Below are positions 60,440-64,000 of a stretch of 64,000 nucleotides of DNA, one piece after another. The number at the start of each line of letters is the position of its first letter. The first letter of the stretch is position 1. Source of the DNA: Lama guanicoe (lineage: Eukaryota); the NCBI GenBank assembly GCA_013239625.1, contig MU053557.1, forward strand, positions 4,432,123 to 4,496,122, read 5' to 3'. The position numbers were made by a program, and so were the translations under genes. The notes under the pieces were generated by a model. The model searched no databases. It was not told the DNA's origin and worked only from the letters and a program-made list of their open reading frames with translations.

Positions 60440-60983
60440 TTGGTATCTTGTCTTCAGAGATGTCCCCCAGTGGACCACACATCCCAGTATTCATGCCACC
60501 AAGTAGTCCCCTCCCATGCCAAACCTAAGTCGGACCTGTGTAACCAACAAAAGGCAGCAGTGACCCTGTGTAACTTATAAAGCTAAGTCATAAGAAGTTT
60601 TGTGGCTCCCACTTTAGACTCCTGGAAGGCCAGTTCCTGGAATGCTCTTTTTGGAATCCCAGCCACCATGCTGCAAGAAGCCTAAGCCCCATGGGAAGGC
60701 CATGTCTCAGCACTCCTGGTGACCACAGCCTCAGCTGAGCTCCCAGCCAACGGCCAGCATTCACCACCAACTTGCAAGGAAGCCATCTTGGATGCCCAGC
60801 CAGGTCAAGCCTTTGCATTACTCCAGCCCCAGCCACCACGTGACTGCTACTGCATGACAGACCCCAAGAGAGAACTTCCCAGGTGAACCCAGTCAACTCA
60901 ACAGATCAAGAGAGATAATAAGGTGTTGTTTGAAGTCACAATGCTTTGGAGTGGTTTGTTATACAACGATAAATAACTGGAAA
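60440..60983 (+). mobile_element. MaLR solo LTR, MLT1G/H-like
   Basis: CCCAGCCACCATGCTGCAAGAAGCCTAAGC...CAGCTGAGCTCCCAGCCAACGGCCAGCAT...TTTGGAGTGGTTTGTTATACAACGATAAATAACTGGA. Confidence 0.88.
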
Positions 60984-61769
60984 ATTGCCTCAAATTACAA
61001 GTTTCTACGACCCTGAGTTGCTCTTAGAAGTCATTTATGCTCATTTATGTGAGACCCTGCCCTTTCTTAGTGAAGGGTTACAAATAGCTGGGGGGTTTGC
61101 TTTAAATACCTCAAAATTAAAATTTGAAGTTAGGATTTTTTTCCTATTGGATTTGAAAAGGTTTGCACTGGATGTGAAACAATAACATTCAAGTTTTTTA
61201 AAATATATTAAAAACTAATTTTATAAACTTGACTCTAAATACATGTTTGTGACTATGGGTCTGTAGCTCTTATAATTATGTTTTTCAACATTATCCCTAT
61301 TTCAAATAATTTTTCCATTAAAAAACAGGAATTTGGGGGACCTTTCAATTCTGTGTCAAATCTGCATCTGGCAAACTGCCCCTCTCTCCAAAGAAGAGCC
61401 AAAAATCCTAGGTCAGGTCATGTTTTCCCTCTTACAGTTCAAAAAACATAATCCCCATAACTCTGATTTTCAACGGTAGTAACTTTGCTTTCTTCTTTGG
61501 ATTTGGGATGTTGATTTATTCAGTCTAGTTGTGTCCTGCTGAACCCAAACATGAGGGAAATAAAAACAACCCCAACCACACACACTCATAGAAACACATA
61601 CAACACACACAAAACAACGTCTTGGGTCATGAAGGAATTTGCTCTTGTCATTGTTTTGTAACTTATTTTCTTTAAATTTCTCTGGGTTCCTTTTGGAGTC
61701 ACTGAATTCTCTTTATGATTCCTTTTTTTTTTCTTTACATTATAGGCTTAAACATACCCATAACGTAGT

Positions 61770-61955
61770 ATCTCGTATATTACAGGCACTGTGCTAAGTG
61801 CTTCAGACACATTAACTCATTAATTTTACAATCTTGTGATACAGGTATTTGTTACCCCCACTTTACACTGAAAGAACCATGGCTCTGAACAGTAAAGGGA
61901 TTTTCTAAAGCCTCACAGATACTAAGTACCCTGAGCTGAGATCTGAACCTAGGAC
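61770..61955 (-). mobile_element. MIR SINE
   Basis: CAGGCACTGTGCTAAGTGCTT...ATTAACTCATT...GAGCTGAGATCTGAACCTAGG. Confidence 0.75.
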
Positions 61956-62926
61956 CACCTCTCAAGCAGCAGAAACATAGATGGGAACATCTCCAAATTT
62001 CCCACACGTATCAGAAATTGCACCTTAGTTATTCAGTCATTGGGCAGGAACCATTGCTTGGCCAACAGAACTACGTATTCTTGGGGATCACCCTGAGGGA
62101 AGGACTTAAATCTGAGTTTAAGAGATTGCAGTGTTGACATTTTCAAAGTGCTTATTTATATTAGCACAGTTGTTGGCATAATTCTATATTGTCCAGACTA
62201 CACCAGTACTTTCCCTGTCCTATAAGATTTTGTGCCATCCTTCAATGCATGGATGCTGGGTGTTACCCATTCAGGGGACTTTGGGCAGGGACACAGCAGA
62301 CAGTCACAGAAACCCAAGATATTCAACAAGCTGCAACTCAGAGGCAGCTGGCATGGGCTAAGTAGCAACCAGAATATTAAGGAACCATCCCTATGGATCA
62401 ATCCATGTGCACTGTGGAGAGAATGTGATACAACAGAAAAGAATGGGTTATTGGCAGAGGGGGTGCACTTGTGTGCACACACTTATGTATGTGTGTGTGT
62501 ACGTGTGTGTGCGTTTTGAATGGGGTGGGGACTGCTTTTCCTCCATGAGTCATTTCCAAACAACCTTTCTTCTCATTCCATCTGTGTCTCCTTCAAACCA
62601 GTTTTCTTCTGAATTCTCTCATAGATGAACCATCCTTGGGAAACTGAGCCTCAAATGAGATTTCATGATGGAACACTCAGGGGTGGGGTGGGCTGCTCTG
62701 TTTGTTCTTTTTCTCTGACTGATTCCCTTCTATAGTCACACCTGCAGTCACCCTTTCCCTCTAGGACATTGGTCATTTAAAGTATGTTCAAAAAATAAAT
62801 AAAATATATTCATATTAAGATGACCAACAGTTCCTCTTTGGAAACGCAAACGTGTGTGACTCTGGGCCTCAATTTCCTTGTGTGTAAATGTTCATGCATC
62901 TCCTCACAGGTGGGCTGGCCTTTGTT

Positions 62927-62950
62927 CACACACACACACACACACACACA
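62927..62950. repeat. (CA)12 microsatellite
   Basis: Perfect CA run. Confidence 0.95.
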
Positions 62951-63064
62951 TACACGCTACCCTGTACTGTCAATTAGTTGAAAGGCGACTTGAGTGGGTG
63001 ACTAGGTTTACCTGGAGACAAGGCTGCTGAAGAAGTCAAAACAGGAGCAAAAGAGATGAGGACA

Positions 63065-63310
63065 GCCTGGTGGTGAAGCACACGGACCCTGGGGTTAGAC
63101 CAGCAGAGCTCAAACCCCGCCCCTGTGACTCACGAGGTATAAGATCTTCGGCAAATTATTTAAATTCTTGAAGACCCAATTTCCCATTAGTAAAATGGAG
63201 ATGTAAGTAATGTCTACCCTCGAGGTTGTTTCGAGCATGAAATGAAACAACGCATACAAAGTGCTTAACCCAACGCCTGACACCCAGCAAGTGCAGTAAG
63301 TACTACCAGA
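63065..63310 (+). mobile_element. MIR SINE, near full length, CpG-rich
   Basis: GGCAAATTATTTAAATTC...TTTCCCATTAGTAAAATGGAGATG...GGTTGTTTCGAGCATGAAATGA...GCCTGACAC. Confidence 0.8.
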
Positions 63311-63334
63311 GAGCGCACAGGGCAAAACTCACAA

Positions 63335-63545
63335 CAGCTATTATTTGTTGAATATTTGCTATGTACAAGGCTGTGGGCTACTTTAAATACATTATCTATT
63401 TCAATCTTCAGAGCAACCCTGTAAGGTACGTTCTAGAATATCCCCTTTTCCAGATAAGAAAACTGAGATGCAGAGAAGTTAAGTCACGTCTGCAAGGTCC
63501 CAAAGTTACCAAGTTTCAGAGCCCAGACCGTCTGACTTCAAACAT
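63335..63545 (-). mobile_element. MIR SINE, tail-to-tail with the preceding MIR
   Basis: CAGATAAGAAAACTGAGATGCAGAGAAGTTAAGTCAC. Confidence 0.8.
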
Positions 63546-63879
63546 GAGGTCCCAGCCACATCTCACACAAAATCAACTTCCTAAAACCCAAATTAAGAGT
63601 TACTCGGTGAGTAACTGTCACCACTTCCTGTAGGCCTTTCAAGACCCCAATCCCTCTGAACCCCAAAAACCTTTAACACAGCCCTTGAAAACACTAGGGG
63701 CATTCACTGTGACAGCCAGACAACTTCACGTGGGGTAAAAATGAGCATGTGTAGAGTACTCTTTCTTCTCCATGTGTTTTCACACACACTACATTTGGTG
63801 TGAGGATAAACGTGCTATAAGTGCGTTTAAGATGCTACAAGGCCTGACATAGAGTAAACATGGCAGAGAGAAAGTGAGG

Positions 63880-64000
63880 CAGTGAGAGAGCATGATGGAC
63901 ACGTGCTCAGAGTCTGGAGTCAGACTACCCTGGGTTCGAGCCCCTGCCTGTTCTTCATCAGTTGAGGGCAACTCACTGAACCTCTCTGAGCCTGTTTCCT
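63880..64000 (+). mobile_element. MIR SINE 5' part, cut by the window edge
   Basis: TCTGGAGTCAGACTACCCTGGGTTCGAGCCC...GGGCAACTCACTGAACCTCTCTGAGCCTGTTTCCT. Confidence 0.8.

Noticed and set aside
60634..60642. Isolated GAS motifs (also 1184, 40937, 55138) and a CArG box at 58604
   Set aside because: About 16 TTCN3GAA matches are expected by chance in 64 kb; only the LTR copy has supporting family context.
1..64000. CRISPR array, operon or other prokaryote-type system
   Set aside because: The sequence is mammalian, with no regularly spaced repeats and no gene-dense ORF organisation.

Overview
Mammalian nuclear DNA, almost certainly camelid: it has a Vic-1-type tRNA-derived SINE and cetartiodactyl-type L1 3' ends, and I saw no ruminant Bov-A/BovB or pig PRE-1 elements. 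I found no recognisable host protein-coding gene, functional RNA gene, CRISPR array or CpG island. The supplied ORFs are chance ORFs, low-complexity translations or L1 ORF2 remnants. The window reads as a repeat-rich intron or intergenic region containing ancient MIR, L2, L1M, MLT and hAT DNA-transposon fossils, five younger 5'-truncated L1s with target-site duplications (TSDs), a MER41-like solo LTR, microsatellites and one 187-N gap. Most notable: (1) a SINE plus L1-fragment chimera enclosed by one TSD; (2) a MER41-like LTR keeping a STAT GAS site; (3) near-perfect T-MARE, RFX and CTCF motifs; (4) a twin-priming inverted L1; (5) a probably false assembly gap; (6) a + strand bias of L1s/LTRs with minus-strand microexon candidates, hinting at an unseen minus-strand host transcript. 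I cannot support a claim of a new biological system. Repeat subfamily names come from recalled consensus sequences, and boundaries of old repeats are approximate.
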